Source: Epithemia pelagica
Lineage: Eukaryota; Protista; Bacillariophyta
DNA: 64,000 bases
Direction of reading: 5' to 3'
Assembly (NCBI GenBank): GCA_946965045.2
Contig: OX337238.1
Span: 1,984,001-2,048,000, forward strand
The notes beneath the pieces are model-generated. The model ran no database searches, was not told where the DNA came from, and worked only from the letters and a program-made list of their open reading frames with translations. Both the position numbers and the translations under genes were made by a program. Positions within the stretch are counted from its first letter, which is position 1, and the number at the start of each line of letters is the position of its first letter. Positions 22,123-33,563 of the stretch are shown here, in pieces.

Positions 22123-24018
22123 GACAAGTGCCCCCACGACCAGGAGGGGATGTCGCTTGCTTCTATAAACTCCGAGTCCCCCCCTAATTAACTGTCACAC
22201 TTTTTTCCCAGGACTGTTTTTTTTTGCTCCGCACTAGCTTTTTTAGCTCCGCACTTGCTCGCGTATGAGAGCGCGGCCGTCGTGGGCAATATGAGGCCAT
22301 ATTAGACGAAAATCCTACTTCCATTCCGAGGAGCTATAGTAGAAAAAGACTTCTGGAGGAGGCTACGGCTACGGCGGTGGTGTTATGCAGTGTGGGGAAT
22401 CACCTCCTACTATAACTATAGCGGGGATGGCTAAGGGGGTATGTTGTCGGGCGCGCGCAGCATGGGCGGAGCATGATATGGGGGGAGCAATGCATGCTCC
22501 ACGATGCATGCTCCGCGCGCGTCTATATTATCGAGTGGGCGGATGTAGCGTGCACGACCGCGCTCAAAATCCCCGACCATCACGGAAACGCGTATGGGTC
22601 GCCTTAAGTAGAATAGCAACTTCGGGAAGCAAAGGACACAATAATCATTCCCTTTATCGACTACTTATCATTAAGAGTATCCATTGTATATTTCACCTGT
22701 TGTTCTGTTGGCCCTACGAGCTCATGTGGGAAAGACACGTCAATTTCCATGCTCTACAACCTCCACCATGAGGATGGAAAGACTCCTTAAGGGCAAGGCA
22801 GCAACATTTGGCCGACTATATGTACTTGTCTACAAAACTAGTGCCTAGTGTCTATTCTACCCCTGTCCTCATATGAGGACAAATCCTCATATGAGGCCAC
22901 TTTTCAACGTAGCATGTCAAATCATTCATGTACTCCTAAGAGTGGTTTTATTGCAGATTCGTAATCTCCATACTTTAAAACATATCTCATAATATTCTCA
23001 TGCTTTAATAATGATGAGTAGTGAAGATACAGTGTGAAAAGAAAAGACTACCCGCGTTGTGTGCGCATTAGAAAAAAAATTTCCATGTCACAATGTCGCC
23101 TCCAGATCCACGCCGTACACCCAATTCCATTCTTTTGGCCAAGGCCATGCATGTGACATCTCTTGCAGAGTGTTCCAGAAGGTATGGAAGCAATGCAAAG
23201 ACGAAAAGGCTGTTTGGGAAGGTGGTTGAAGCTTCCATCCAACGGGGCCCCAATGGAAGGTCCACAACAATGGTGACTGTGAACTTCTATATGGGAAGTT
23301 TGGAGGTGATCAAGCAGAAGACACTCAACCTGAGGAGTGTCATTACTCCCAGTGATGAAGAGCTGCTGGCCTATGCCCGTTTCAGGCATCAGCATGAGAG
23401 AAATCAACCCCCACAAGCTTCGACGACTACAGAGGGAAATTCCGCGGCCACAACGGCAACCAACACCAATACGGGCCAAGCTGCGGCATCTGAGCCTCCT
23501 GCACCACAGCAGGCCATCCAGGGGACACAGACAGCAACAGGGAACCAGGAGAGTGCAGTGGGAGAGTCAAACAATCCACCAGATTGTGAGTGTCAAGTCC
23601 ATGATGTGAAATGGCATAAGGGCACTTCGTCATCTCCATTGAATTGCAATTCGATGGGACGTGTTCCTCCAAGGGATTGGACTTTCAGGACACCTAGTGG
23701 AGAGAGAATTACTCCAGGAAGTGATAGACAGGGCTTGCTTTCCAGATTGGACTACTTCCTGATGACATTCCCTCCGCGGCAGTTTGACTTAATGCACAGG
23801 CTCACAAATGGACAGCTTGCAAAAATTGAGAGACCTTCAATGACTAAAGGAGAATTACTCAAGTTCTTTGGCGTTACAATATTGATAACCCGCCATGAAT
23901 TCACCTCAAGGGCAAACTTATGGTCAAGTACAGCAACAAGTCAGTACGGAGTGGCACCTGCCTTCGGTAAGACTGGTATGTCAAGAAAGCGTTTTGATGA
24001 CATCTTTAGATGTCTCCG

Positions 24019-27000
24019 TAGTACAATTCTTTCAAACTCATGGGGGATAATGCTCGGTAGAGCAGACAATCAGGTAGGTCACCAACCGATACAAGCTTCT
24101 CACGGTCAGAGAAGCAAGCAAGTCGTAGTCTATCAAAAGGATAGTTGGGACACAAAAGAAGATGTGATAAATGGTGATATTGTTAGATTGTGAGCTTTAG
24201 GACTACGGTGTGTGTTTTGATGTGCAGGTCTGGCCAGGGTGCATGACTGATATATTCATGGCGCTGACAGGACTGGTCTGGTTGGAGTAGACATGGATAT
24301 TGTGTATTGGAAGTATATGCACTTGTATATCATATACCAATGCCAACAGCTCTTGCTTTGTTGTGATATAGGTAGTTTTCTTGGCGCGGTGCTGATTGCA
24401 TTTTTGGAATTGTGGGAATGGAAATATGGTCTCGCGTGATCTCGAATCGTGCTTCGATTACTTAGGCCGTTGAGTTAAGTCGTGGAGATGCGCACTCGGA
24501 TAGTAGTTGCGCGCGCTTGAAAATATTGGGAGCGCACGTGTAGGGCCATAGTTAATTTCCGAGCGGTTGTTGATAACGCGCGCATTGCGAGCATGCCATG
24601 GCCGAAATTAAAGGTCCGCGAGCATGTTGTCATTCTGTTCTCACTTTTCATGAAATGCGAAGGAATATAGGTCGATAAAGCACCAGCTAGGGAACAAAGG
24701 ACGGATATGGGCGGCATAGATGGTGCTTCAAAGCCTCGGGACTCGGCTAACCGATGAGATGCCGGATCTAACCAATGGATAACGGTGAGAATCCTACTAC
24801 TCCCCACAACTTGTTGGTTCAGCCTTGTCATTGTTGGATTTGTTGAGTTCTCGTACTTCTCCACTCCAGAATAACAATGGCTTGAGTAGGGGTCAGATGG
24901 TTGCAAATTCCCAATGCTTGCTAAGGATGTCAGCAGGGTTGGTCTCCCCATCCTTCCAATAGGATACAGCATACTTTGCTGCGATGGCTTCTTGTACCCG
25001 GTAATACGACAGAAGCTTCCATTATGTGTTGTATGCTGGAATGTATCAACGATAACGTCTTCAGATTGCCGATCAAAGAATGGACAGAACTTCTCCCAGT
25101 CATATGCTTCCTGGTAACGACAGTGGACAGAGGCATGAAGGGTAATAGGATCATTACCATTTGCATCAGCATATACAGAGAAGAAGGATGTATTGTCAGG
25201 TCCATGGTCATACGGCAAATCCAAAAGAAGATTGAGATTGCAGAAACACGATCTTTGTACTCCCCATAATTGTCATATGGATAGTTCACCATGCTACCAT
25301 CAGTGTTGACTTGTTGCCAAGAAGTAGAAGCAGGGTCATGCGATGGGTCAGAATGTGAATGATCCAAAACACCAGGATCCCATGTATCAGGTGATGTGAA
25401 GATGATCTGAGGTAACATCTCCATGTCATCATCACTGGGGATACCTAAGGAGTGAATGTATGCTAGTCTCTCTTTGATGTGCAGAGACAAAGCACGGCCA
25501 TCAAGTGTTGTGATGCATTGTTTTCCATCAACTTTAACGGATCGTTCATCAACAGCATGTCCAAAGTGCTCGAATTGTCCAGGAGCATGGATCGATTGTC
25601 CTTTTCCGTAGAATGCATATTCATTGAAGATGCCAATAATGGGTCCATCATTGGTTTCAAACTTAGCAGCACATGTGAAAATAGGAATCCCAGCAAGCTG
25701 ATGACTGTCGATACCCATAATGGATATATGACAACCAGTCTTAGAAAGGATGCGCATGTCAGAACCAGCAAGTCCTCCATTGGCACCACGGTCAACCAAT
25801 TGGTTTCCAGGGAGAGTAGATTTCCTGGAAGACAGATAGCGCAGTATGTGTCCTTCCTGTTTATGCATATTGGCCTTGAGGCTAACCTTCTTGCTTGTTT
25901 TAGACTTGGCGTTGGATAGAACACTGGTCAAGTCAGATGCTGGATGATTGATGTCAGTCGTCATGGCTTGGTTGATGAATTGTGTAACTGGATCTTACTC
26001 ATCTTGCTGCTCGGAAGTCGCACCAAGTGAAGCGTTTTTAGAAACAGCTTCTTGACTGGGGTCAGGATCAGGTTCCGGATCAATGTCAAGGGCATGCGTC
26101 TGCACTTTCCTTGGCGTTGTTGATGATGGTGCATGAATCATCTTGTTGTACTCAATGATCAACTTGCGATCTTCTTCAGAAAGTTTGAACCATAGGTCAC
26201 GCGGCAGACTAACCTTAGATGGAGAGGATGGAGAGTCAGATGTCACGTTAGTGTTCTTGTGAACATGATACTCCATATCATCTTGTGGGGTTAAGTCAGC
26301 ATCTGTATCTTGGCCGTATTGTTAATCATGTTGTTTGACATGTCAACGGCGACTATGTGCAGATGACTGGGTTGCTTGATCATGGTCATAAGCTGCGTCT
26401 AGAAGGAGACGGAAGTATGATTGATAGCAAAGGGATTTTGCACCGGATTTTGTGTTCACCACATTGTCCAAGATCTTGACTTGGCGGAGATCAGGTACCT
26501 TTTCTACAGCTTGCATGAGGAAAGTCATCCTGGTATGATCAGGGATGCGATCAGACAATGTCACAAGATTGTCTAGCAAACGTAGCTGCTCTTGAAAGTG
26601 TAGAAGAAATTGACGTGTTGTTCCGCGCCATGTGTCATCAAGACGTAGATTGGAAATGTAGTTGGTTAAACGTAGGACTTCTCGTTTTGCGAGATCAGAT
26701 TCGGTATGCAATGAATGTAACTTCTTCAATACGACACGCGCATCTTCATCATGTTCATGTTCACGTATGCAGGCTCGACCTTGGTCAGTCTGGATAATAC
26801 GGACAAGAACGGAGTAAAGAAATACTTGTAGCTCTTGGAATAGTTCTTCAGCATACTCATCATCTTTGGGAGGTGTGTACTCGAAATTCAGAACGTTGGA
26901 TAGGCCTTGTACCTTAGCTGTAGTCTTGAATACACGCCAGAATGAATTGTAGTATCGTTCATCCTTGAATACCTCATATGCAGTTGCGTCGCACTTAGTT

Positions 27001-28793
27001 CCCTTTCTGAACGCCGTTAGGTCTTGTTGAGATTGGGATGCGGCAGTAACTGTGCTGACAGATTTTGCAGATGACGGCGACTTCATTGGCGAGACTGGGA
27101 CTTGGCTAGGTTGTCCATTGGAGAAATTTGTATTGATCCTCCAAATGTTGAACTCTTTCCTCGTTAGGTTCATCCAGTCGCTATTGGATAGCTCATCTTG
27201 AATTTCATTGGTCTTGTATATGGCCCAATAGGCTAAGAGCTTGATCTGTTGTCTTGTAGGACCTTGCAGATCATGCGTCTTGTTGTTGACCTTGTATTGG
27301 GTTAGTTCGTTCATGGATTCCTCAGTATTGGTTTGCATGTACGAGATAACATGAGTAATGTTCTCAAAACCATGGTATTTCATCCACTTCAATAAGTAGT
27401 CGGCTCTTTCTTTGGTAAAGTATTGGCAGACAGTAAATATGATGTGGTCGAATAAGTCTGTGTTCGAGACATTGTCTTGGTTATCTTCTCCCTTAGGAGT
27501 TGTAGGTGTCTTGGGTGTTTGAGGATCCATGGTAGTACTTGATTGGTTTTATTTAATGTGTGGTGTGATATGAACCCGGATGTGCCACGTATAAAGTACC
27601 CGGATGTGTGCTGTGATGTCCAAAAGGTAACCCGGATATGCGGAACTCGGTTTTGTCACGACTTAAAGATACTTATTCTTGGTCACTTCCAGACTCGTTG
27701 CGGTGATCGAGTTGAACCGGGGAGTCAGGAACAGTGGTAGCTTGCTCGTCTTGCTCGTAGTCCTCAACAAAGTGGTTCACTGGTCAGGTGAGTATTGGGA
27801 AGGTAGTTGCACGGAGTCCTGGTGCAGCTTGAGGTCCTGGAATAGGAGAGGGTTGGTGACCCTAGCCTTAGCCAGGCTGGCCCTGTTGTTGGGTTGGCTA
27901 GCTTTGTCCTCTAACTCTTGTTTGTTAGGGTATCTCAATCTGTAATGGGTGTTGATGGGTAAGTAAGGTTCCAAATGCAACTGCAGGGAAATAAGCAATG
28001 AGACTGTTAATCTAGTACAATTCTTTCAAACTCATGGGGGATAATGCTCGGTAGAGCAGACAATCAGGTAGGTCACCAACCGATACAAGCTTCTCACGGT
28101 CAGAGAAGCAAGCAAGTCGTAGTCTATCAAAAGGATAGTCGGGACACAAAAGAAGATGTGATAAATGGTGATATTGTTAGATTGTGAGCTTTAGGACTAC
28201 GGTGTGTGTTTTGATGTGCAGGTCTGGCCAGGGTGCATGACTGATATATTCATGGCGCTGACAGGACTGGTCTGGTTGGAGTAGACATGGATATTGTGTA
28301 TTGGAAGTATATGCACTTGTATATCATATACCAATGCCAACAGCTCTTGCTTTGTTGTGATATAGGTAGTTTTCTTGGCGCGGTGCTGATTGCATTTTTG
28401 GAATTGTGGGAATGGAAATATGATCTCTCGTGATCTCGAATCGTGCTTCGATTACTTAGGCCGTTGAGTTAAGTCGTGGAGATGCGCACTCGGATAGTAG
28501 TTGCGCGCGCTTGAGAATATTGGGCGCGCACGTGTAGGGCCATAGTTAATTTCCAAGCGGTTGTTGATAACGCGCGCATTGCGAGCATGCCATGGCCGAA
28601 ATTAAAGGTCCGCGAGCATGTCGTCATTCTGTTCTCACTTTTCATGAAATGCGAAGGAATATAGGTCGATACAGCACCAGCTAGGGAACATAGGACGGAT
28701 ATGGGCGGCATAGATGGTGCTTCGAAGCCTCGGGACTCGGCTAACCGATGAGATGCCGGATCTAACCAATGGATAACGGTGAGAATCCTACTA
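24019..28793 (-). mobile_element. Internally deleted Ty1/copia element with TA...TA LTRs, copy 1
   Basis: 781-bp LTRs at 24019-24799 and 28013-28793 bounded by TAGTA...TACTA; TSD CTCCG (24014-24018, 28794-28798); PPT gttgtggggag. Retains gag, protease LVDRGANGG and only the RNase H tail (NPADILSKHWEF); IN and RT are deleted near 25020. Confidence 0.92.
24800..27530 (-). pseudogene. gag-protease remnant of the TA...TA Copia, copy 1
   Basis: Track ORFs 26343-27530, 25995-26276 and 24930-25964 are one reading frame interrupted by three nonsense codons; there is also a 1-bp deletion near 25255 relative to copy 2. Confidence 0.88.
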
Positions 28794-30450
28794 CTCCGCT
28801 TCTCGGAGCAACCAGAATCACGCCCTACCTCAATGAGATCAGAGACATACAGGTGGAAGCTTGTGGATGACTTCATTCAAAACTTAAATCAGCATCGTGC
28901 TTCGCACTTCCAACCTTGCGAATCAATGATCCGTTGGTATGGTTTGGGTGGCCACTGGATAAACATTGGTCTACCACAGTACGTGGCAATTGACAGAAAG
29001 CCTGAGAATGGATGCGAGATCCAAAACTCTGCTTGAGGTGGATCTGGGATATTTTGTCGTCTCAAGCTTGTCAAGACTGCCGAAGAAGATGAATTGAATC
29101 ATGAGGAGGACGATGACACAACACTCCTCATGAATCATGGGACAGCTGTCCTCAGAGAATGAGTGGAACCATGGGCTCATTCACAGCGTGTTGTCTGTGC
29201 CGACTCCTACTTTGCTTCTGTGAATACGGCAGAGGAGATGGCAAAGATGGGACTCCGATTTATCGGAGTTGTGAAGACTGTAACTCGCAAGTATCCAATG
29301 GCGTACCTTTCAAACGTTGAACTACTTTCTCGTGGGGATCGCACTGGTCTCATAACGAAAGATGCAGATGAACAAGCCACCATGATGGCTTTTGTGTGGA
29401 TGGATAGGGAATGGCGCTATTTTGTTGCAAATACATCTTCTCTTGCAGAAGGAGAGCCGTACACACGAACAAGGTGGCGCCAAATTTCAGATGAGGCAGA
29501 TGCAGAGCCAGAGCGTGTGGAATTGACAGTGGCACAGCCCCAAGCATGTGAGATCTATTACAAGACACGTGGACTAATAGATCAGCATAACAGGTGCCGG
29601 CAAGACACTCTCAAAATGGAAATCAAAGTGGAAACGAAGCGATGGTGGGTACGTGTGGGGCTTGGAGTGTTCGCAATGTGTGTGGTGGACTCTTGGCTTT
29701 TGTATTCTGGGGCAACCATGACAAAGGAAAAGCAACAAGACTATTATGCACTGCTTGCAGAGGAATTAATAGACAACACATTCGACAGAAGTGGAGTCCC
29801 TTGTTCTGCAAGACGAAGAGGACGAGTGAGTGACGGAACAGATAATGCCGAAAGCCCATCAGATCTCATCAATCCACGCAGTGGACAAGCAAGGGCAGGC
29901 ATTGACATCCATCTGAGCCCAACCAAGAGAAGGAGGAAGGTTGATGGAGTTGCAACAAACCAATGTGCACAAGGAAGATGTAGAGTATGTCAAAAGAAAA
30001 CAAAGTATATCTGTTCACAGTGTGAAGACACTAGATAGACTCTGCCGTCGCTTTTGTCCATGATAAATCCATCATCGGAGGACTTCGACTGTTCGACGCA
30101 TTGAGTGTGGGGTGTGTGGGCGCGTGATTTTGCTTCCAACCCACGTCAGTCATGAGGATTAGTGATTCGATTCTTGTGCGCACATGCAGCTCGAATTTAC
30201 GACACATGTGCGACCCGAATATTCACTCATTGTTGGGTCCTCGCCACCAGCCGCCTTGGTCGAGTGGAGGGCGCGGCAGCTGGAAGAATAGATTCAACCC
30301 TTTTTTAGTATCCACATCCACGCCCAAATTCCTAGAGGCCACGGGAAAAATGCTATGTCATCGATATGAGCACACATATCCCTGGGCTGTCCGCTAGGAG
30401 GAGATGATAATCTACTAGGAGTACTATGGAATCACCATAGTCATTACAGT

Positions 30451-31725
30451 CTACTCGTAGTCTTGAACTTCCTCGTCCTCGTCCCCATAGCCCTCGGTTG
30501 CACGCTCAACCATGCAGGAAATAAGCATGACGAGTGTGGGCAATGCTGATCCGCTTGCACCCTCCCCGTCAAGCTTGTAAAAGATAGGCCGAGTCACAAC
30601 ATCTCCTTTCAGATCAATCAGGTGGGACTCGACCTTCTTCTCCAGACGAATAGCAAGGGTTGTGGTCGCTGCTTGTTGGTCGTCCGTCTTGATTGCTTCC
30701 TTCGTTTCAACAAGGCCAGCAGCCTTGGAACTTGAAACATTTGAAGTTGAGGCACCCGAACGGTCTATCTGACCTTCAAAGAGTCTCTCTGGATCAAAGA
30801 GAAACTCAGGCCATTTGTAGACAATCTTGATCTTTGTGCCATTAAAAACAATCGAAACAGAGATGTCTTCGGCGCGCGTACCGGATGGAAGGACCACAAA
30901 GAAACAAAGACGAAGGTTTTTGTCCTTATCGTGCCAGTAGGAATGTAGCGTGGGCCAGTAGAGGTCCCCTTCTGCCTTCAGCATCCCTTTCTTACTAGAT
31001 GCAGCAAGGGTTGTGGTCGCTGCTTGTTAATCGTCCGTCTTGATTGCTTCCTTCGTTTCAACAAGGCCAGCAGCCTTGGAACTTGAAACATTTGAAGTTG
31101 AGGCACCCGAACGGTCTATCTGACCTTCAAAGAGTCTCTCTGGATCAAAGAGAAACTCAGGCCATTTGTAGGCAATCTTGATCTTTGTGCCATTAGAAAC
31201 AATCGAAACAGAGATGTCTTTGGCACGCGTACTGGATGGAAGGACCACAAAGAAACAAAGACGAAGGTTTTTGTCCTTATCGTGCCAGTAGGAATGTAGC
31301 GTGGGCCAGTAGAGGTCCCCTTCTGCCTTCAGCATCCCTTTCTTACTAAATGCAGGACAAGCGGTGCTCCGAGGGGTACATAGTGCTGTAGTGGTGGCAG
31401 GAGTACCGCCAACGCCAAAACGAGGTGGGGTAAGAACCCGTCCAGGTGTAGTCGGAGGAGCAGTCAGACCCTCACCCGCAGCAGCTATACGGCGTGCTCC
31501 AGTTGACTCCACCACCTCGTTTGCAGAGCTCAAGTTCCGTTGAACATTCTTCCACGACGAATGGAAGTTTTGGAACTTGAGCACATCCCCACTGGAGGCT
31601 TCGTACACGACTTTGTACTCCTCCTTTGTTGGATTGGGAGGCATCTTTCCAGATGCAATCTCTTGCCGGACATATTCGCCCTGCTCTCCCTTCCAGTTGA
31701 AAGCCTTTGTTGTTTTCTTTGGCAT
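30451..31725 (-). pseudogene. Accessory ORF beside the Harbinger-like transposase, with a 351-bp internal duplication and a stop (copy 1)
   Basis: N-terminus FNWKGEQGEYVRQEIASG; repeated domain CFFVVLPS..AEDISVSIV.NGTKIKI (units 30652-31002 and 31003-31353). TAA near 31027 splits the ORF. Confidence 0.6.
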
Positions 31726-32299
31726 GTTGGATTGTTGGTGTTGCTCCTCTCAATATTTGTGCGTACTGGTGTGCTCGTTTTCAGTTCTGTGGCGGGAACT
31801 GAAAACAACCTACTCCTACTAGAGGTGGAATCTCCCAGTCGTGTTCAGTCATGCTGTCTCATGAACATCTACATTCTACACAGCAGGCAAAACAAATATG
31901 CGAGCATTTTAATTAGAACCAGCCATTAATGTTCTTAGTTCTTTGGATGACTGTACGTAGTGGCCACACTCTGAAAGCTTATGCCCTTGTGGACAACTTC
32001 CCTTAACAACATGTGCCTCATGACTCCGAACTTTGCTCTTTTCCTCGTGCTCTGTCTTTCCACCTGCCTCCTGATTGAGAATGGCAGGATGGTCTGTCCA
32101 GCACAGTTTGCCATGATATGGACGATCTCTCTGAGACGCCTTGTCGGCAGACAGGAAGGCAGGGAAGCAAAACCAAAACTTGTCAAAGCAAGAAGGTAAG
32201 AAGGACAAATTAGTATACTACAAGAGGTAGAATACAGACATCATACGTATGTTGCTAGGAGTAGACGAATTGTTACTAGTACTCTTACGAGCAGACGGA

Positions 32300-33280
32300 T
32301 CACGGGCCTTGACCATTGAATTGGTTTTGGAAGATTAAGAACTGTGTGTCATCATAATCCACATCAAACAGTTTCATTTCTCCATTTTCAATTGAGAGCT
32401 GGCAAATTACAGCAACGGCACGAAACATGGCTGAGTGTTTGTCAAGAGAATGCTTGTTCTTGTGCAAGCACCGCCACTCTTTGAGCCGTGAATTGACGGT
32501 CTCGTGTCGGTTTCTGACACGCTGTTGTAGCTCCGCATCTCCTGGAGTTTGTGTGTTGATTTTGGGATTGAGGATTTTTCTTGGTTCCCCCATATAGCCA
32601 TCATCCGCTTCTGCTTTTTCGTTTGCGTCCAAAAACCACTTAATAGCATGGCGAAAGATCTTGATGTCAGGCCAGCGACCGCAAGGAAATGGCCCATGAA
32701 TCCAAACAATATCTCGTGTACGTAGGCAAAGTCCAACCTCCCACCGTGTACCTGGACCATGAAACTTGTGGCTAAACCAGCCCTTCAAGAATGGACGAAA
32801 TTGTTAGATTGCTATGTCTGTTCCATCGACAGACACCGGTGCATCGTTGAGAATGTCATTAGTGTACCTCTTGTTCCAACGAATCACCTTAGGCTCAAGA
32901 AGAGCAAGCCCATCGATAAAAAGCCAGGCCTACTTCCGAAAGGTCTTGGGGTCAACCCGTCCTCTATCTTCTCCTCCGGCATCCTTTGCCAAGTCGGACT
33001 CATCTGCGTATGTACAAATGAGCATGAGTGCCCATAAGAGATGCTTCGGCTGGGCATTCAGAGGCATCTCCTCTCGCGCCTCCTGCAAACGATTCCACAA
33101 GACACTACAAACAAGGGGGCTTGCCCCAAATTTCTTTCTCCACAGACGCCGAAAGGTCTCCGTGTCAGCGACACGCCTCTGGAGGATGTTGGATCCAACA
33201 TCTAAGAACAAGTTTGGCGGGACGTCGTTCATCCTTTGGTTATTAGAGTTTATCGTTCTTTTATGTGGGTTGTCCACCAA
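32300..33280 (-). pseudogene. PIF/Harbinger-like (DDE_Tnp_4) transposase pseudogene, copy 1
   Basis: One frame with two internal stops: QPKHLLWAL...DPKTFRK*AW...VSVDGTD...WFSHKF...GPFPCGRWPD...EADDGY...RHETVNSRLK, giving the D-D-E triad. Confidence 0.85.
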
Positions 33281-33563
33281 AACAAATTTGTTGCCTCACT
33301 ATAGTCACTGGTCACTGGTTCATGATTCATGATATCCGACCTGAGCAAACACCCCAACAAGAAACAAGATGGCAATGATCGAGGACGATACAAATTATGA
33401 TACTAGTACTGTACATGTTTTATCTTTCTTATTAGTTGTCTACATGAATATTATTCTATATATAATGTATATACTATTCGTGAAACCAATAGCCTCTACT
33501 ACAGTACATACCCTTGTCATTCGTTTCCCGTTTCTCTTGAGCCACACTTCTACCCGCAAGAAG

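Larger units (their letters stand above)
22861..30038 (+). mobile_element. piggyBac-like (DDE_Tnp_1_7) transposon, copy 1, disrupted by an LTR element
   Basis: ORF 23093-24018 continues at 28794 (FDDIFRCLR|FSEQP) with motifs DESM, RKPENGCE, ADSYF, IDQHNRCRQ and C-terminal CRVC...CSQC. Premature TGA stops near 29034 and 29160; an 18-nt deletion removes the first catalytic Asp. Putative left end CCCT with palindromes at 22861-22896; right end not found. Confidence 0.85.

Noticed and set aside
22190-22800. GC-rich stretch with short inverted repeats (gcggagcatg/catgctccgc) and ORF 22385-22771
   Set aside because: Possibly a TE end or promoter, but no TIR partner, TSD or protein motif supports a call.
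24019-24193. C-terminal 57 aa of the 366-aa piggyBac ORF
   Set aside because: Encoded by the inserted LTR; the real transposase resumes at 28794.
24475-25224. ORFs reading into the LTR (also 28469-28876, 43428-43880, 47423-47830)
   Set aside because: Out-of-frame read-through from the deletion junction or LTR antisense frames; the true RNase H tail is in another frame.
27995-28012. Self-priming in the TA...TA element and in Copia-2
   Set aside because: I found no LTR-internal complement to either PBS region by eye; only Copia-1 shows it.
30039-30450. Right terminus of the piggyBac-like element or left terminus of the Harbinger-like element
   Set aside because: No inverted match to 22861-22896 and no convincing TIR/TSD pair found.
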